DNA of 64,000 nt. Source: Williopsis jadinii. Its lineage: Eukaryota. The stretch's first letter is position 1. Every line of letters begins with the position of its first letter. The position numbers and the translations under genes are program-made. Below the pieces are notes generated by a model. The model saw nothing but the letters and a program-made list of their open reading frames with translations. It searched no databases and was not told the DNA's origin. Positions 1-12,371 of the stretch are shown here, one piece after another. The stretch spans positions 558,001 to 622,000 of the forward strand of contig AP024666.1 of the NCBI GenBank assembly GCA_024346625.1, written 5' to 3'.

Positions 1-1805
1 TTTTCAGTACCGGATACAATACCTCCCAGCTCTTCAAATAGCGCTAAAGCCTTCACCAGTCTGGTTGCCTGTTCTTTGCTGGAACAGCCTGCCCACAATG
101 CCCAAAAAGTAGTTGCTGACTCGTAATTTGTTTGCAATCTCAACTTAACGTTATAGTCAAAATACATTCCTTTCTCCTCGTTCCATAAATACTTGTCAAT
201 ACGCTCCCTTCTTAATTTTGCCCTTTCTTCCCATTCGTGCGAAGATTCCACAATGTTATTTCTAGAGCTGAACTTATCGTTGAAATAAGTCTTGATCAGG
301 TGGGCAATGTCAACTTCGTACTTGTATAGCAAAGAGTTCAAGTCCACAGTGGCGAGATTAGCACAGATACCTTCCAATCGATAAGACGTATCGTGTCCAC
401 TTTCTCTCACAGCCCTATCATGTGTAAAGTAATCGTCCAAGGCTGGTTCCTTCACTTCACCGCTGTTGTACTTGTCCATAAATTCCTTTATAGATATACC
501 ATGTTTCAATGCATAAGGTCCCAAAATGGAGTCAAAATGAGTAGCTTCTGTCTCCGGTGGGACACCACAACCTGAAGGGTGATAACAAGACAACCCTGTT
601 TCAATGTCAAGTCTTGGTTCAGCGGTCCACACAGTCTTGTATTCCTTGATAGCAGCACGAAGTGCTCTACTCAAGAGGTCAAAAGCCTCAGGATTCTTTT
701 GGCCACCCATTGCCTCAAACACTCGGATGGACATATCGGTTAGGAACGGTGGTTGAGAGCGTGTGAGATAGTAGGATCTGTTTGCATTGAGTATTTTTCC
801 ATAGTGTTCAATCTCAAATATAAAATGCTCAACCATACCTCTAGCCAGATCCACTTTACCGTTAATGATCAGCCCCAATGACTCCATATACGAGTCCCAT
901 CCGTACAGCTCGTTGAATCGACCACCTGGAACAACATACGGAAACGAAGCAACCTTATCTTCACCTGTTTCAGGGTCATAGTGGTGTTCCATTGCCAGTG
1001 CAAGCAAGCCTGGGCGTGTATTGATTGATTGAACATACTCCGGCGTGATATCCTTTGGTAGATATTCAACGTCCAGATTTAAATCTGGTTGTGCCTTAGC
1101 GGCTTGGGTGTAATACTCAAACTGATCAGGGCAATCATAAGGGATGTAAACCCTTGGGTTCGAGGGGATCTTTGTATCCTTAGCAAACACTGCAATCGAC
1201 TTATCATCAATGCGGCGTGTTAATGATTTCCAAAACTGGGTAGAGATCAAACGTGTCAATCTATCAACGGGGTTCTCGTTAAGTCTTGCCTCATCTAGGA
1301 ACATTTGGTTTCTCCCAAATCTCTTCGCAATAGTCAACTCTTGCAATAAGTTTGAAAGCATATAGGTGCCTCTAATGTCTTTCTGGTTGAACCCGTTAGA
1401 ATTAACAGTGCCCAACTTAAGGACCTTCGGCCCGGTATCTTCAATGGTGATTTGACAGTTGTTATCGGTATCCTCATTACGCAGCAACTCATTTAGAGTA
1501 GCATCGATATCCGAGATGAAGAAACGGCGTCCTCTAGCTCCACCTTGCAGTCCTGTTTCATCCTGTGATCCACGTCTCTTGATCGAGTCCCTCACACTGT
1601 CTCTGAAAGTGTTGATATTGGACATGTTGTTCATCACAGACTTGGTTCTCGTTCTCGCCATTCTGGATCCCGCTGGCGCCCTTGCAGGGTCAGTCTTTGG
1701 ACCATAGTAATCCTCGGCCAATTGGAAAGGGTTATAGTCCTCATTTGAAGATGTTCTGCGTCTGTGCCGTTGATTATCACGTAACTGTTCAGAGGTAGTT
1801 TCCAT
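1..1805 (-). CDS. NTH1: Neutral trehalase (GH37), 5' part; C-terminus runs off the left edge
   Basis: Not in the ORF track because its stop lies outside the window. Manual translation from ATG 1805 gives [20 protein letters not shown]...KRRGSQDE...[19 protein letters not shown], with PKA-type RRxS sites and the Ca-binding DTDxNxQITIED motif. [15 protein letters not shown] and YYLTRSQPP follow downstream. Confidence 0.96.
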   Translation of the reverse strand, partial: METTSEQLRDNQRHRRRTSSNEDYNPFQLAEDYYGPKTDPARAPAGSRMARTRTKSVMNNMSNINTFRDSVRDSIKRRGSQDETGLQGGARGRRFFISDIDATLNELLRNEDTDNNCQITIEDTGPKVLKLGTVNSNGFNQKDIRGTYMLSNLLQELTIAKRFGRNQMFLDEARLNENPVDRLTRLISTQFWKSLTRRIDDKSIAVFAKDTKIPSNPRVYIPYDCPDQFEYYTQAAKAQPDLNLDVEYLPKDITPEYVQSINTRPGLLALAMEHHYDPETGEDKVASFPYVVPGGRFNELYGWDSYMESLGLIINGKVDLARGMVEHFIFEIEHYGKILNANRSYYLTRSQPPFLTDMSIRVFEAMGGQKNPEAFDLLSRALRAAIKEYKTVWTAEPRLDIETGLSCYHPSGCGVPPETEATHFDSILGPYALKHGISIKEFMDKYNSGEVKEPALDDYFTHDRAVRESGHDTSYRLEGICANLATVDLNSLLYKYEVDIAHLIKTYFNDKFSSRNNIVESSHEWEERAKLRRERIDKYLWNEEKGMYFDYNVKLRLQTNYESATTFWALWAGCSSKEQATRLVKALALFEELGGIVSGTE

Positions 1806-1916
1806 TGTCCTGTTCTGAATATGTGGATATCGTGTCTGTTACTTTGTCCTCTTAGAAGGTGGTCACCAGTTGTGTCACAAAACCAGCAGAAACCACAAAA
1901 AAAGCAAATGTCGGCT

Positions 1917-1993
1917 AGGGGAGAAAATGCCAGCGATAAAATTGACCTCCGCGCTACGAAATTTAGCCTAGTGCACACTCTCTGATGGAGGGG
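1917..1993. promoter_or_regulatory. Two STRE-like (AGGGG/CCCCT) elements upstream of NTH1
   Basis: AGGGG at 1917-1921 and 1989-1993. NTH1 is STRE/Msn2-4 regulated in S. cerevisiae. 5-mers, so chance occurrence is possible. Confidence 0.4.
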
Positions 1994-3362
1994 GAGTTAT
2001 GGTAAAATTAACTGGGAAATTGAGACTCAATTTATAGACGCACAGTAATAGGATTATCCGTTCGTGTTCATTTTTCGTCCTGTTGGGAGGAACCTTTCAC
2101 TTCTCTGTGACATGCGAAGTATGTTTATGTACTGTCTGCATTTTCAATAAGAAACCACGGGTGCTTTAAGCCCCAAATTAGATGGCAGAGAAAGCGGTGA
2201 ACAAATCACCCCAGCATTCTATGGGGGTTGTGTATGGTTTGTGTGGTAACCCGTGTGGGTTAAGGTTATGCGCTTGGTTAATTTTTCCGATATTCTGTGT
2301 GATCGTTTGCCGCGAGCTGCCTTCATTTCCCCGATACGCGCGTTTCTTTTTTCCTTTACGCGGTTGTTTCGAGAGGTCCGGGGGCTTGTAAAGTTTCTCC
2401 AGTATGTTTCTCCAGTAGATGTGGTTGTATAAAAAATAAGAACACGCATACAGACCCACGCTTGTTTGTAAAGGTTGGCTTTTAACCCACACGAGCTGTC
2501 CACTCTGCATCCTATAGCTCTCTGAGCATGGAATGATCGACAGGTCAACGATCAGCCCATTGGATCTTGGTGAAATCACTTCTCGATCGAGAGTCTGTTT
2601 CATAATATTTGCCATAAAGGAAAGGGTTCTTGATAGTTCACTGTTTTCCAATGATTACCCGTGAGCTTAGATCTGAAGCGATCCTCAATCTCTCAGATCT
2701 CGTTCTGTTATATCCTCTAGTGTCTAAAAGATACACATGGTCACCCCCTGTTGAGGTCCTGAGATGTCCAACTTTTGTCAGCGCAAGGTGACACTTCACG
2801 CAGCTGACCCGTCTCCTCAAAGCAACAACATGCAGAGAATCACTCAGGCTTCAGATTATTTTACGTCCAGCAGCGGAGAGAAGTAAATTCGACCACAATT
2901 CAAGGTTTTTCCATAGCCAGCATTGAATTGAGTTGCGCCATGAATCTCGACCTTGCAGTTGGCTGCGGTGTGAACACTCGTTTGAATTGACCATGATACA
3001 CCACCAACAATTCATTAACCTAAACCAATTATAATATTGCTTTGGGAATCTCAGCAGTCACTTTTGTAAATCCCAACATAGATCTCAGTGTTTATCAATT
3101 GTGTGTTTTCCGTATCCTTTAACAACCCCTAACACAGAATGTGATGGCTCATAGAATTGACTTCTCAACCTTCAAATTTCTCATTTATCAATATCAGTCA
3201 CGTGATCTTTGTTTGTGCTTGGAATTTTTCAGCTTTCTGGTAGGAGACACATTCAAATTTTTTTGTTGTTCCTTCTTTGAGATCGTTGAAAACAACATCA
3301 ACAACAACAAACAATCCTCACTGTATAAATCCCATTAGTTCATTTAATTCGGTTGATTAACA

Positions 3363-3992
3363 ATGTCTGAGAAGGAAACCCCTGTTGAGAAGGTCGAGGA
3401 GACCAAGGTTGATGCTGCTACTGCTAAGCCACCAACTGCCACCGCCGATGTCTTTGCCATGTTTGGTGGCGCCTCCAAGAAGAGAGAAGAGAAGAAGGAA
3501 CAAGAATCCAAAGAGGAAGAGAAAGAGAAGAAGGAAGGTGCTGAGAACGAGGATGAGGCTCCAGATTCTCCAGATGTTCACTTTGAGCCATTGGTCACTT
3601 TGGAGAAAGTTGATGTCAAGACCAACGAGGAGAACGAAGATGTCTTGGAGAAGTTCCGTGCTAAGCTCTTCAGATTTTCCGCTGACTCTAAGGAATGGAA
3701 AGAGAGAGGTACTGGTGATGTCAAGTTCCTTCAACACAAGGAGACCAAGAAGGTGCGTTTGTTGATGAGAAGAGACAAGACCCTCAAGATCTGTGCAAAC
3801 CACTACATCGCTCCAGAGTATGAGTTGAAGCCAAATGTTGGATCTGACAGATCATGGGTTTACAATGTCACTGCTGACATCTCTGAAGGTGAACCAGAAG
3901 CTCAAACATTGGCTATTAGATTCGGTAGCAAGGAGAAGGCTGATGCTTTCAAGGAGGCATTTGAGAAAGCCCAAGAAGTCAACAAGAAATAA
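3363..3992 (+). CDS. YRB1: Ran-binding protein 1 (RanBD1)
   Basis: [49 protein letters not shown] motifs; 209 aa. Confidence 0.97.
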   Translation: MSEKETPVEKVEETKVDAATAKPPTATADVFAMFGGASKKREEKKEQESKEEEKEKKEGAENEDEAPDSPDVHFEPLVTLEKVDVKTNEENEDVLEKFRAKLFRFSADSKEWKERGTGDVKFLQHKETKKVRLLMRRDKTLKICANHYIAPEYELKPNVGSDRSWVYNVTADISEGEPEAQTLAIRFGSKEKADAFKEAFEKAQEVNKK

Positions 3993-4134
3993 ATTGTGTT
4001 TTCATTACATTTTTAAACATACATATATACCCTTAGTTGGCATGGATTAATGAAATGTATCATGTGGAAATAACAATTTGCATCATTAAAATGGAAGACG
4101 AAAAGCTGTGTAGTGTGATATACATGGTACATAA

Positions 4135-4965
4135 TTATACAATTTTCTTATACTCTGGAATCTGATCGGACTGTAACGTTTCCTCTTTTGAATATGCCTT
4201 TTTGAACGAATACTTGATCAAGATCCATGCCATTCTCAATGGGGTGAAATCTGGCCATAGTACATCGACAAACTCGATAACAACCCCTGGTGTGCTCACC
4301 TGCCATAGTAGGAAGTCGCTCAACCTCGACACTCCACTTGTTCTTATGAACAAGTCCAGTGGTGGTTGGCCCCCAGTGTACAGGAGATCTGATATGGTTG
4401 ACTCGTTAATCTCCATGGGCGTCTTCATGTTCTTCTTAACTATATGCTTCATGGCATGTGTCATCTCATGTCTTGACGTGTATGGGAAGCACACGTTCAA
4501 GACTGCCCTGCTGTTATGCTTTGTCACCTCCTCGGCCTCTTTTAACACTTGACGAACATCATCTGGTAGCAACGACACATCGCCAAGCACTTTAATCCTC
4601 ACTCCATACTGCTCTGCCAACTCCCCCTGTGAAACCATCTGTGCGAACCTCTCCTTTGCTAACTCCATCAGCCAATCAACCTCATGCTTACTTCTCTTGA
4701 AATTCTCTATGGAGAACGCAAACACCGTAGCGCTCTTAACACCACACTCATAGCACAGCTCCAGTATCTGCGCCATGGATTCAAACCCGGCACTGTGTCC
4801 CTCCTTCAGCTCAATATGGTGGTTCTTAGCAAACCGCCTATTACCGTCCATCACAAACCCAATGTGCTGAGGTACAGGGCCCGTCTCTATGCATCTGGCC
4901 ACAAACTTCTTCGTCACGTTAAGCAGCGCCTGTGAAGCTGGGAAAGAGGTCAGCCATTCCATCAT
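4135..4965 (-). CDS. RER2: cis-prenyltransferase (dehydrodolichyl-PP synthase catalytic subunit)
   Basis: PQHIGFVMDGNRRFA, FAFSIENFKR, IRTSGVSRLSDFLLWQ, LWPDF. True start is probably ATG 4965 or 4962; the track's extension to 5463 overlaps COQ1 and a CT repeat. Confidence 0.93.
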   Translation of the reverse strand: MMEWLTSFPASQALLNVTKKFVARCIETGPVPQHIGFVMDGNRRFAKNHHIELKEGHSAGFESMAQILELCYECGVKSATVFAFSIENFKRSKHEVDWLMELAKERFAQMVSQGELAEQYGVRIKVLGDVSLLPDDVRQVLKEAEEVTKHNSRAVLNVCFPYTSRHEMTHAMKHIVKKNMKTPMEINESTISDLLYTGGQPPLDLFIRTSGVSRLSDFLLWQVSTPGVVIEFVDVLWPDFTPLRMAWILIKYSFKKAYSKEETLQSDQIPEYKKIV

Positions 4966-4986
4966 ATAAACAGCACCAGAGTCTCG

Positions 4987-5005
4987 CTCTCTCTCTCTCT
5001 CTCTC
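4987..5005. repeat. (CT)n microsatellite in the RER2/COQ1 divergent promoter
   Basis: gctctctctctctctctctcg seen directly. Confidence 0.8.
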
Positions 5006-5320
5006 GCACAATCTCTCTCGCTCGATGAAAGGTTACCAACACCTTTCGCGTGTACGTTTTCAAATGTGTCCAATGTTAAACGAGAGAGATGCGCTGGCCC
5101 AAATTTCCTTCCTCCTCTGCCCTTTTTTTGGTGCTTGTCTTCCCGCAAGGGCGCCCGGTAGTGAAAAATTTCGCTGTGTGCGCCCGCTGCTGAAACTGTC
5201 CAACCAGGAATTTTCCCGCCGAGGAGAGCGAAAACCGCACAAGGTGCGAAAATTAGCAGTTGGCAAGGGAAACCACACAGAGGGGAGAACAGAACGAAAG
5301 TCGACAGTAGGGGAGAAAAG

Positions 5321-6721
5321 ATGCTTGGACGCTCGTTTATACGCCGAGGATCATCTTGGTCTGCTGCTGTGGAGGCTGCTGCTAGGCTGGTGACACCAGC
5401 AGCGATCTTGAAGGACCCAATCTCACTGGTTTCACATGAGATGTCCCAGCTGGCGAACAACATTGGACAGTTGATTGGTTCTGGCCATCCAACTTTGAAC
5501 AGGATCAGCGCATATTACTTTGAGTCTCAAGGTAAGAAAATTAGACCGCTCATTGTGCTGCTGCTCAGTAGAGCTCTGAGTGAGATTCCATTGGAACAAA
5601 GAGACCGTATTAAAATTGACACTTTGGACATACCCGAGCAGCCTGTGTACGAAGGAACCAAATCGTTGACTGCTCTGTTTGCAGAACAGGTGAAGGACCC
5701 GGTCGGTCCTCTTTCACCTTTAAAGATACTCCATGGTATAAATCCCAACGTGATTCTCGATCCATTGACAAAACCTCACGAGTCTCTTCCGGAATTTGAC
5801 TCCAAGCGTGGTATCCTTCCAAAGCAAAGACGGTTGGCTGAGATTGTTGAGATGATTCACACTGCTTCGTTGTTGCACGATGACGTGATCGATAACTCTG
5901 ACTCTAGAAGAAACAGACCTACAGGGAACATTGCCTTCAACAACAAGATGGCTGTTCTTGCGGGAGATTTCCTGCTTGGCCGTGCCTCTGTGTCCATCTC
6001 AAGACTGCGTAACCCAGAGGTTATTGAACTGCTGTCGACCTCAATTGCCAACCTGGTGGAAGGTGAGTTCATGCAACTGAAGAACACCGTGCTACAACCA
6101 AACGAAGATATGATTGAAGATGACACCAAGGAGATTCCAAAACCAACAGGTGTCATCGATACGACTATCCACGAGTACTCCGTCAAACTCCCAGAAGGTG
6201 AAACCATTACCCATGAACAAAACGTCCAAGCTGCATTTGAGTACTATATCCATAAGACTTATTTGAAAACTGCTGCTCTATTGTCAAAGTCTTGTCGTTC
6301 TGCTGCCATCCTCAGTGGTGCCAGGGATGACGTTATCGAGAATTGTTACCAGTTTGGTCGTAACGTTGGTCTCTGTTTCCAGATGATTGACGACGTCTTG
6401 GACTACACGCAAACTTCTCAGCAGTTGGGTAAACCTGGTATGGCAGACTTGAAGCTGGGATTGGCCACTGCACCGATCCTCTTTGCCTGGAAGGAGAACC
6501 CAGAATTGGGTAAACTCATCTCCAGAAAGTTCAAGAACCCAGGAGACGTTGAGTACGCAGTGGAACAAGTCCACAAGTACAAAGGTCTAGAAAAGACCAA
6601 AGAGTTGGCTGATCACCATTGTCAATTGGCCTTGAACAACTTGAGAAGTGCTCTACCTGAGAGTGACTCCAGAAGCGCACTTGAATTCCTAACAAATGCC
6701 ATTGTTACAAGATCGAAATGA
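5321..6721 (+). CDS. COQ1: Polyprenyl (hexaprenyl-type) diphosphate synthase, mitochondrial
   Basis: GKKIRP, EMIHTASLLHDDVID (FARM), FQMIDDVLD (SARM), DLKLGLATAP; basic N-terminal presequence. Confidence 0.96.
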   Translation: MLGRSFIRRGSSWSAAVEAAARLVTPAAILKDPISLVSHEMSQLANNIGQLIGSGHPTLNRISAYYFESQGKKIRPLIVLLLSRALSEIPLEQRDRIKIDTLDIPEQPVYEGTKSLTALFAEQVKDPVGPLSPLKILHGINPNVILDPLTKPHESLPEFDSKRGILPKQRRLAEIVEMIHTASLLHDDVIDNSDSRRNRPTGNIAFNNKMAVLAGDFLLGRASVSISRLRNPEVIELLSTSIANLVEGEFMQLKNTVLQPNEDMIEDDTKEIPKPTGVIDTTIHEYSVKLPEGETITHEQNVQAAFEYYIHKTYLKTAALLSKSCRSAAILSGARDDVIENCYQFGRNVGLCFQMIDDVLDYTQTSQQLGKPGMADLKLGLATAPILFAWKENPELGKLISRKFKNPGDVEYAVEQVHKYKGLEKTKELADHHCQLALNNLRSALPESDSRSALEFLTNAIVTRSK

Positions 6722-7170
6722 TTACAGAGCCAACGACATGGAGGTTATAAAAAAACGCACAGAATACTAATCTTGTAAATAGTTTCTCTCTTCATCAGTA
6801 CAAAACGTGTACTATATTATCCACTACAAGTATAAAAGTATCACAGTCCAATGTAGTTGACTCCTGTATCATCTGAATTAGACATGCTAAAATAAATAGA
6901 GAAACATGAATGTATTGCTTGTTTAATTGGTTTTTTGTTTTCGTTCAACTGTGATGCCTCCAACCCCATATCCCTCCTCTTCATACGTCTTTTCCAATGA
7001 AACATGCTAGTGCAAGAGGAAAATAGATACACCAAAGAGAAATCTTGAAAAGCTGAAGGCATTGGAAATGGGAATATCTTCGTCGTCACCTTCACTGTCA
7101 CCTACACCTGAGCCTCACGGAAAACTCTCATCTCAATCTTTCCCGGTGAATTCGCTCCATGATGGAGCGC

Positions 7171-7407
7171 TTAGTTCAAGTCAGCAGCAAAGTTACCGTT
7201 GGATCTTTGGGTATCCCACTTCTCAACCCAGTCAACTGGACACAGAGCAGAGTAAGTCTTGAAGAAAACCTTACATGGCTCAAAGTCCTCACCCTTAGCG
7301 TTGATACATTTGTGGTAGTCCACATATGATTGCCAGCAGTGCTTGGTTTGGTTCTGGTTTGGGAATCTGGCGTCGAATCCGACGGTTTTAAGTGGGCTCT
7401 CAGACAT
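7171..7407 (-). CDS. COX12: Cytochrome c oxidase subunit VIb
   Basis: TVGFDARFPNQNQTKHCWQSYVDYHKC...PC...LCP..W; four conserved Cys. Confidence 0.97.
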   Translation of the reverse strand: MSESPLKTVGFDARFPNQNQTKHCWQSYVDYHKCINAKGEDFEPCKVFFKTYSALCPVDWVEKWDTQRSNGNFAADLN

Positions 7408-7553
7408 TGTTTCTTTGTTGATTAAGTGGTTGTGTAACGTAGGGAAGGAGACTGTGTGTAAAACTTTCTTTGTTTTTTCGTCTGACCATTTTTTTTCTGC
7501 TTCCCCTTCGCTGTTGCCTAATGAGAAAACCGCGTGTTTGAAATTTCGATTTC

Positions 7554-7690
7554 GCTGATTGGCGGATATAGATGCTCATTCCGGGATGGTCACGTGGCAC
7601 GGCACGTGGTCAGTCTCTCAATTCCGACTGGTAAATTAAAGTTTGGAGGCCGAAGGCATAGAAAAAAAATTTGGCACCTCCGATGAGCTT
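7554..7690. promoter_or_regulatory. COX12/RIX7 divergent promoter: CCAAT box, two CACGTG E-boxes, RRPE-like and PAC-like motifs
   Basis: ATTGG 7558-7562 (Hap site, COX12 side); CACGTG 7591-7596 and 7603-7608; GAAAAAAAATTT 7661-7672 and CGATGAG 7681-7687 (Ribi motifs, RIX7 side). Confidence 0.6.
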
Positions 7691-7765
7691 TTGCCAGGTT
7701 TATGTCTCGTTCTCTTTCCCCTTTGCACTGCTTTGTTCTTATGGAAGTAGTGTTGTAACACTGAT

Positions 7766-10224
7766 ATGGTGAAAATTAAAGGTTCGAAGAAGCCGTCTTT
7801 GAGTCAGTCGTTAGACTCCAAGCTGGCCAATCTCTTGTATAAGCTGTTGGACGAGAAGACACAGGAGAATCAACGGAGAGGGACGCAAGAGGATGACGAT
7901 GAGTTTGCCAACATCGCTCTTGCCAGAGATCTCCAGGTTGGCGATGCCATGGTGTACGTTCAGCAGAAGGATCTGTCGCTACAGCGAGTGAAGAAAGTTG
8001 TGCTGGAAAAGACCCTTGAGAAGATCATCAGAGAGATGAGAGAGGAGGAAAGAATTGAAATGCAGAATATCCTCGGTGAGGACGATGCCGTTGATAGCGA
8101 CTTCGATGGAGTGGACGTTGACGAGCTGATGGAAGTGAAGGATGATAATAAGATGAATAAGTCGGTGGTGAATGTGTGGAATATCAAGCCAGCTGACGTG
8201 CCAATGGAGACAAGCGTAAGTGCGACTCCGTTAGAGACACCAAGGGAACAAAGTGAAGATCAACAGGAGAACACACCGGCTGTGGAGGAAAAGAAGTCCA
8301 AGAAGAGATCAAAGGACTCTTCTAAACCTTCAAAGAGACAAAAGGGTATGTATTCCATTGTCAGTGGCCTCTAGTTTACAATACTAACACAATTACAAAA
8401 GTAGACAAGGATAGAGCACCTCCTTCGTCGTCACTATCAGAAATGGGTGGTATGGATGAAGTAATAACACAACTGATGGAAATCGTTGGAATGCCTATAC
8501 TGCACCCGGAGATTTACAAGACCACAGGTGTAGAGCCTCCGAGAGGTGTTTTGTTACATGGTCCTCCAGGTTGTGGTAAGACTACAATTGCAAATGCCCT
8601 AGCTGGTGACTTAAAGGTTCCTTTCATAAATATATCAGCTCCTTCAGTTGTTAGCGGAATGTCAGGTGAAAGTGAAAAGAAGATCCGTGAGCTGTTCGAA
8701 GAGGCAAAGACATTGGCACCTTGTATAATCTTTTTTGATGAAATCGATGCCATCACCCCAAAGAGAGAAGGAGCTCAAAGAGAAATGGAGAGAAGAATCG
8801 TGGCACAAATGCTTACATCTATAGATGAGCTAAGTCTCGACAAGACAAATGGACAACCGGTAATCATCATCGGTGCAACAAATAGACCAGATTCATTGGA
8901 TCCAGCGCTCAGAAGAGCTGGTAGATTTGATCGTGAAATTTGTCTGAACGTTCCAAACGAAGCATCAAGACTGCACATCTTGAAAAAGATGACTCAAAAC
9001 TTGAAGATTGATGGTTCTCTCGATTTTGCTAGACTTGCAAAGGCAACACCGGGTTACGTTGGTGCTGATCTCAAGGCATTGACAACTGCAGCTGGTATTT
9101 GCGCTATCAAGAGAATCTTTAGTAATTTAACCATTGAAGACGATGTCAATTCACAAATGGAATTGGAGTCTCTCTCCACGATTCAAAAGTTCTTACTGAG
9201 ACATCCAACCCCATTGACTCCAGAGCAATTGGCACCTCTGGCAATTACCTACGAAGATTTCCTTGTTGCCTTACCAACGATTCAACCTACTGCAAAGAGA
9301 GAAGGTTTTGCGACTGTTCCAGATGTCTCTTGGGAAAACGTTGGTGCTCTTTCCAACATACGAATTGAACTCAATATGGCCATTGTCCAACCAATTAGAA
9401 ACCCTGGTGTCTATGAGAGAGTTGGTATTCATGCACCAGCAGGTGTCCTCATGTGGGGTCCTCCGGGTTGTGGTAAGACGCTTCTTGCTAAGGCTGTGGC
9501 TAACGAGTCAAGAGCAAACTTCATCAGCATCAAGGGCCCTGAGCTATTGAACAAATACGTTGGTGAATCTGAAAAGGCTATTCGTCAAGTCTTTACAAGA
9601 GCCAGAGCCTCCGTGCCCTGTGTCATTTTCTTTGATGAATTGGATGCGTTAGTTCCAAGAAGAGATTCTTCTCTTTCAGAGAGTTCATCCAGAGTTGTCA
9701 ACACCTTGTTGACTGAATTGGATGGTTTGAACGATAGAAAGGGTATTTTCGTCATTGGTGCAACAAACAGGCCAGACATGATCGACCCTGCTATGTTAAG
9801 ACCTGGAAGATTGGACAAGACCTTATTCATCGAGCTTCCTAACGCACAAGAAAGACTGGATATTCTTAAAACTGTCATCAAGATGAACAAGACACCATTG
9901 GCACCAGAAGTTGATCTATCAGCGATTGCCCATGATGAGCGTTGTCGGAACTTTTCTGGTGCAGATCTCTCTGCTTTGATTAGAGAATCCGGAGTGATTG
10001 CCCTTAAAAAGAAGTTTTTCCAAAAGCCAATTGATAACCAAGACGATATGATGGATGATAGTGATGATGCCATATTGGTTACGCCTGATGACTTCGAAAG
10101 AGCTCTCAATAGCGTCAAGCCTAGTGTTAATGACAGGGACCGTGCAAAGTACGAGAAGTTGAACAAGAAAATGGGTTGGTCATTAGCTTCAGAAGACGTC
10201 TCAGAGGCAAAATCATCAGATTAA
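7766..10224 (+). CDS. RIX7: AAA-ATPase for 60S biogenesis, two exons: 7766-8345 and 8405-10224
   Basis: Two Walker A motifs (GPPGCGKT), Walker B and SRH. Intron has GTATGT at 8346, TACTAAC at ~8382 and TAG at 8402-8404; phase-1 splicing joins the two track ORFs in frame. Confidence 0.95.
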
Positions 10225-10277
10225 TATTGAGGCTATATCTTCGAAATTACACAAGTACTCTATACTGTAACCATATA

Positions 10278-12167
10278 TTACATTTGTCCACGTCTCTGTA
10301 CATTTTTACGAACTTTCCACTTTTTCTCAAGTGATGAACCCTTCTCAAAGGTGATGTATGGAAGCTGCCTCTTGAAACGTTTCACTATTTCGTTAGATGC
10401 AATCTCCCAGATGGGTAGGTCGGTATTTCCCCTGACCATTATGATTGCCTCTTTTGTGAGGTCAAGAGTTCGAAATTGGGGTATGTATAAATTCATGATC
10501 TTCTTTTCCTGGTCTATAGAATGGACTAAGGCCAATCTGAAGAACTCTGTGCTTAACTTTATGAATTCCTTGTATGGCAATAACGGAAGTTGTCCCTTGT
10601 TGAAGAGTTCGCACTCTTCAAGATGGTCTCTCTTAACCTTGAATATCCCGACAATAGTGGCCTCTATGGATCTTTCCAAATGATCCATCCCGATACCAGT
10701 CTCTTTAAGGTGTGTTAGGGCACTGATACCAGTTGATACACCATAACTCACCTGAATAGGTGGTGAGAACAGCAACGGTTGGAAGTCAAATTTGAAGTCG
10801 TCAATCTTGTGAAAATAGGCCATGGTTTTCAAGAGTCTCAACTGTGATGAAGAATAACGGGATCCACTGTGATTAAAAGACCCTTGCAAAGGAATCAAAT
10901 TAGTACCTTTTGGTATATCAATATCAACTTCCAATGTACCTGAGTTTAAATAGATGACATGGGTTGGTTTCACTCTTTCGATTAAAGTACGTGTCAACTC
11001 GAGCCCATATCCTTTGATCCATCCGGGTGTATTTATCAGTAGTGATTCATGTTTAAGCTCACCATCTGATTCATAGCTTCTTACCAGTTGTTCAACTAGG
11101 AGGTTATATCTCGTTGGTTGGTCCTTTGGAGAGTTAAACCCCACATAATGACACTGAGTTGAATCTGTAGACGTTAAAGAGAGGTGATTCCCATGTTGTA
11201 CTTCAGATATCTTACTGAGCGATATGCAATCAGTACCAGAATACTCAGGTTGACCTGGATCCAAATCCATAAAGTTTATGGGTAATTGTTGCAATGTTGG
11301 TGAGAGCATGTGTTGTACCAACAGCCTTAGAAAGGTTGACTTACCGGAATTCTTACCTCCAATGACGATGACTTTTATACTCTGGTCATTGGAATAAAGT
11401 TCTGTAAGTGACTTGATCACATCCATCCAATTCTTGTGCTTTATTACAGAAACAGTATTGTCAGGTTTCGTTATTGGATAGAATGTATAATCGCTGAAAG
11501 CCAATTCATATTGGTCCAACAGTCTCAAGCTGTCCTCTGCAAAGAAGTTGTCAAACTGCCAAAACAGGTTCTTGAAGAGAGGACACACCCGCCCGATAGA
11601 CTCAAGGTGTGTATCCAAATTTGTCAGTTTAATAACGGATTTATAACCTGGTGTGAAGAGATGTTGATTCTCCTGTGTCTCTTTGTTCTCCAGTAAAGAT
11701 GAGTTGAGCACTTGTGTTGCTTGTATAAGAGGTATTGAGCTTGACGATGGGTTTATGAACTTCATCGGCTCAACGCCAGAATGGTATATTACACCATTTA
11801 TGTCAATAGCACCTCTTTGGATCTCTAGTACGAATTGTCCTTTGACAATGAGATTCTGATTGGGTTTTAGGCCAAAGATCACATAGTCATGCCCATATAT
11901 GGTATTATCGTCATCGAAAGAAAAGTTGGACGATATATACTTCGACTCCTCTATGTGTATTGATGCTGCTGGAGCAGACTCAAGCCTATGCATAGGTTCG
12001 GAGGGCTGTTCTACGTCTTCTTCATCTTGGTCACTGTCCTGTTCGTCCGATGAGTTCACCTCATATGTAGGTATATCACCCTGTAAGGCCTGGAAAGCTG
12101 CCCAAAATGTTAGTAAAACTGCAACCTCGTTGATCTACCCGTATTCATACATACCACTCTTATGCAT
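10278..12167 (-). CDS. GRC3: Polynucleotide 5'-kinase (Clp1/Nol9 family), two exons: 12167-12155 and 12097-10278
   Basis: GGKNSGKST P-loop, DLDPGQPE, INTPGWIKGYG, C-terminal WKVRKNVQR. A 57-nt minus-strand intron (12154-12098, GTATGT..TACTAAC..CAG) gives the N-terminus MHKSAFQALQGDIP in frame. Confidence 0.95.
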
Positions 12168-12371
12168 CTCTACCACACGTGAAGTCGGCTTAACATATAA
12201 AGAGCACACAGAGCAAGAGATGCTGCTGTGGGTCCGTAGTAAAAATTCTATGCTTATATGGGGTGTCCGGGTGTAATTGTTGATCTGTTTTTGCATGTTT
12301 ACGTTTTGGTTTGTTTGTTTACATTTCTCAACCGAGGCGAACCAGTTGCGGTTAGACGACTAAAGCGACCA

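Noticed and set aside
2178..2651. 157-aa minus-strand ORF between NTH1 and YRB1
   Set aside because: TTG start, no motifs, lies in a divergent promoter.
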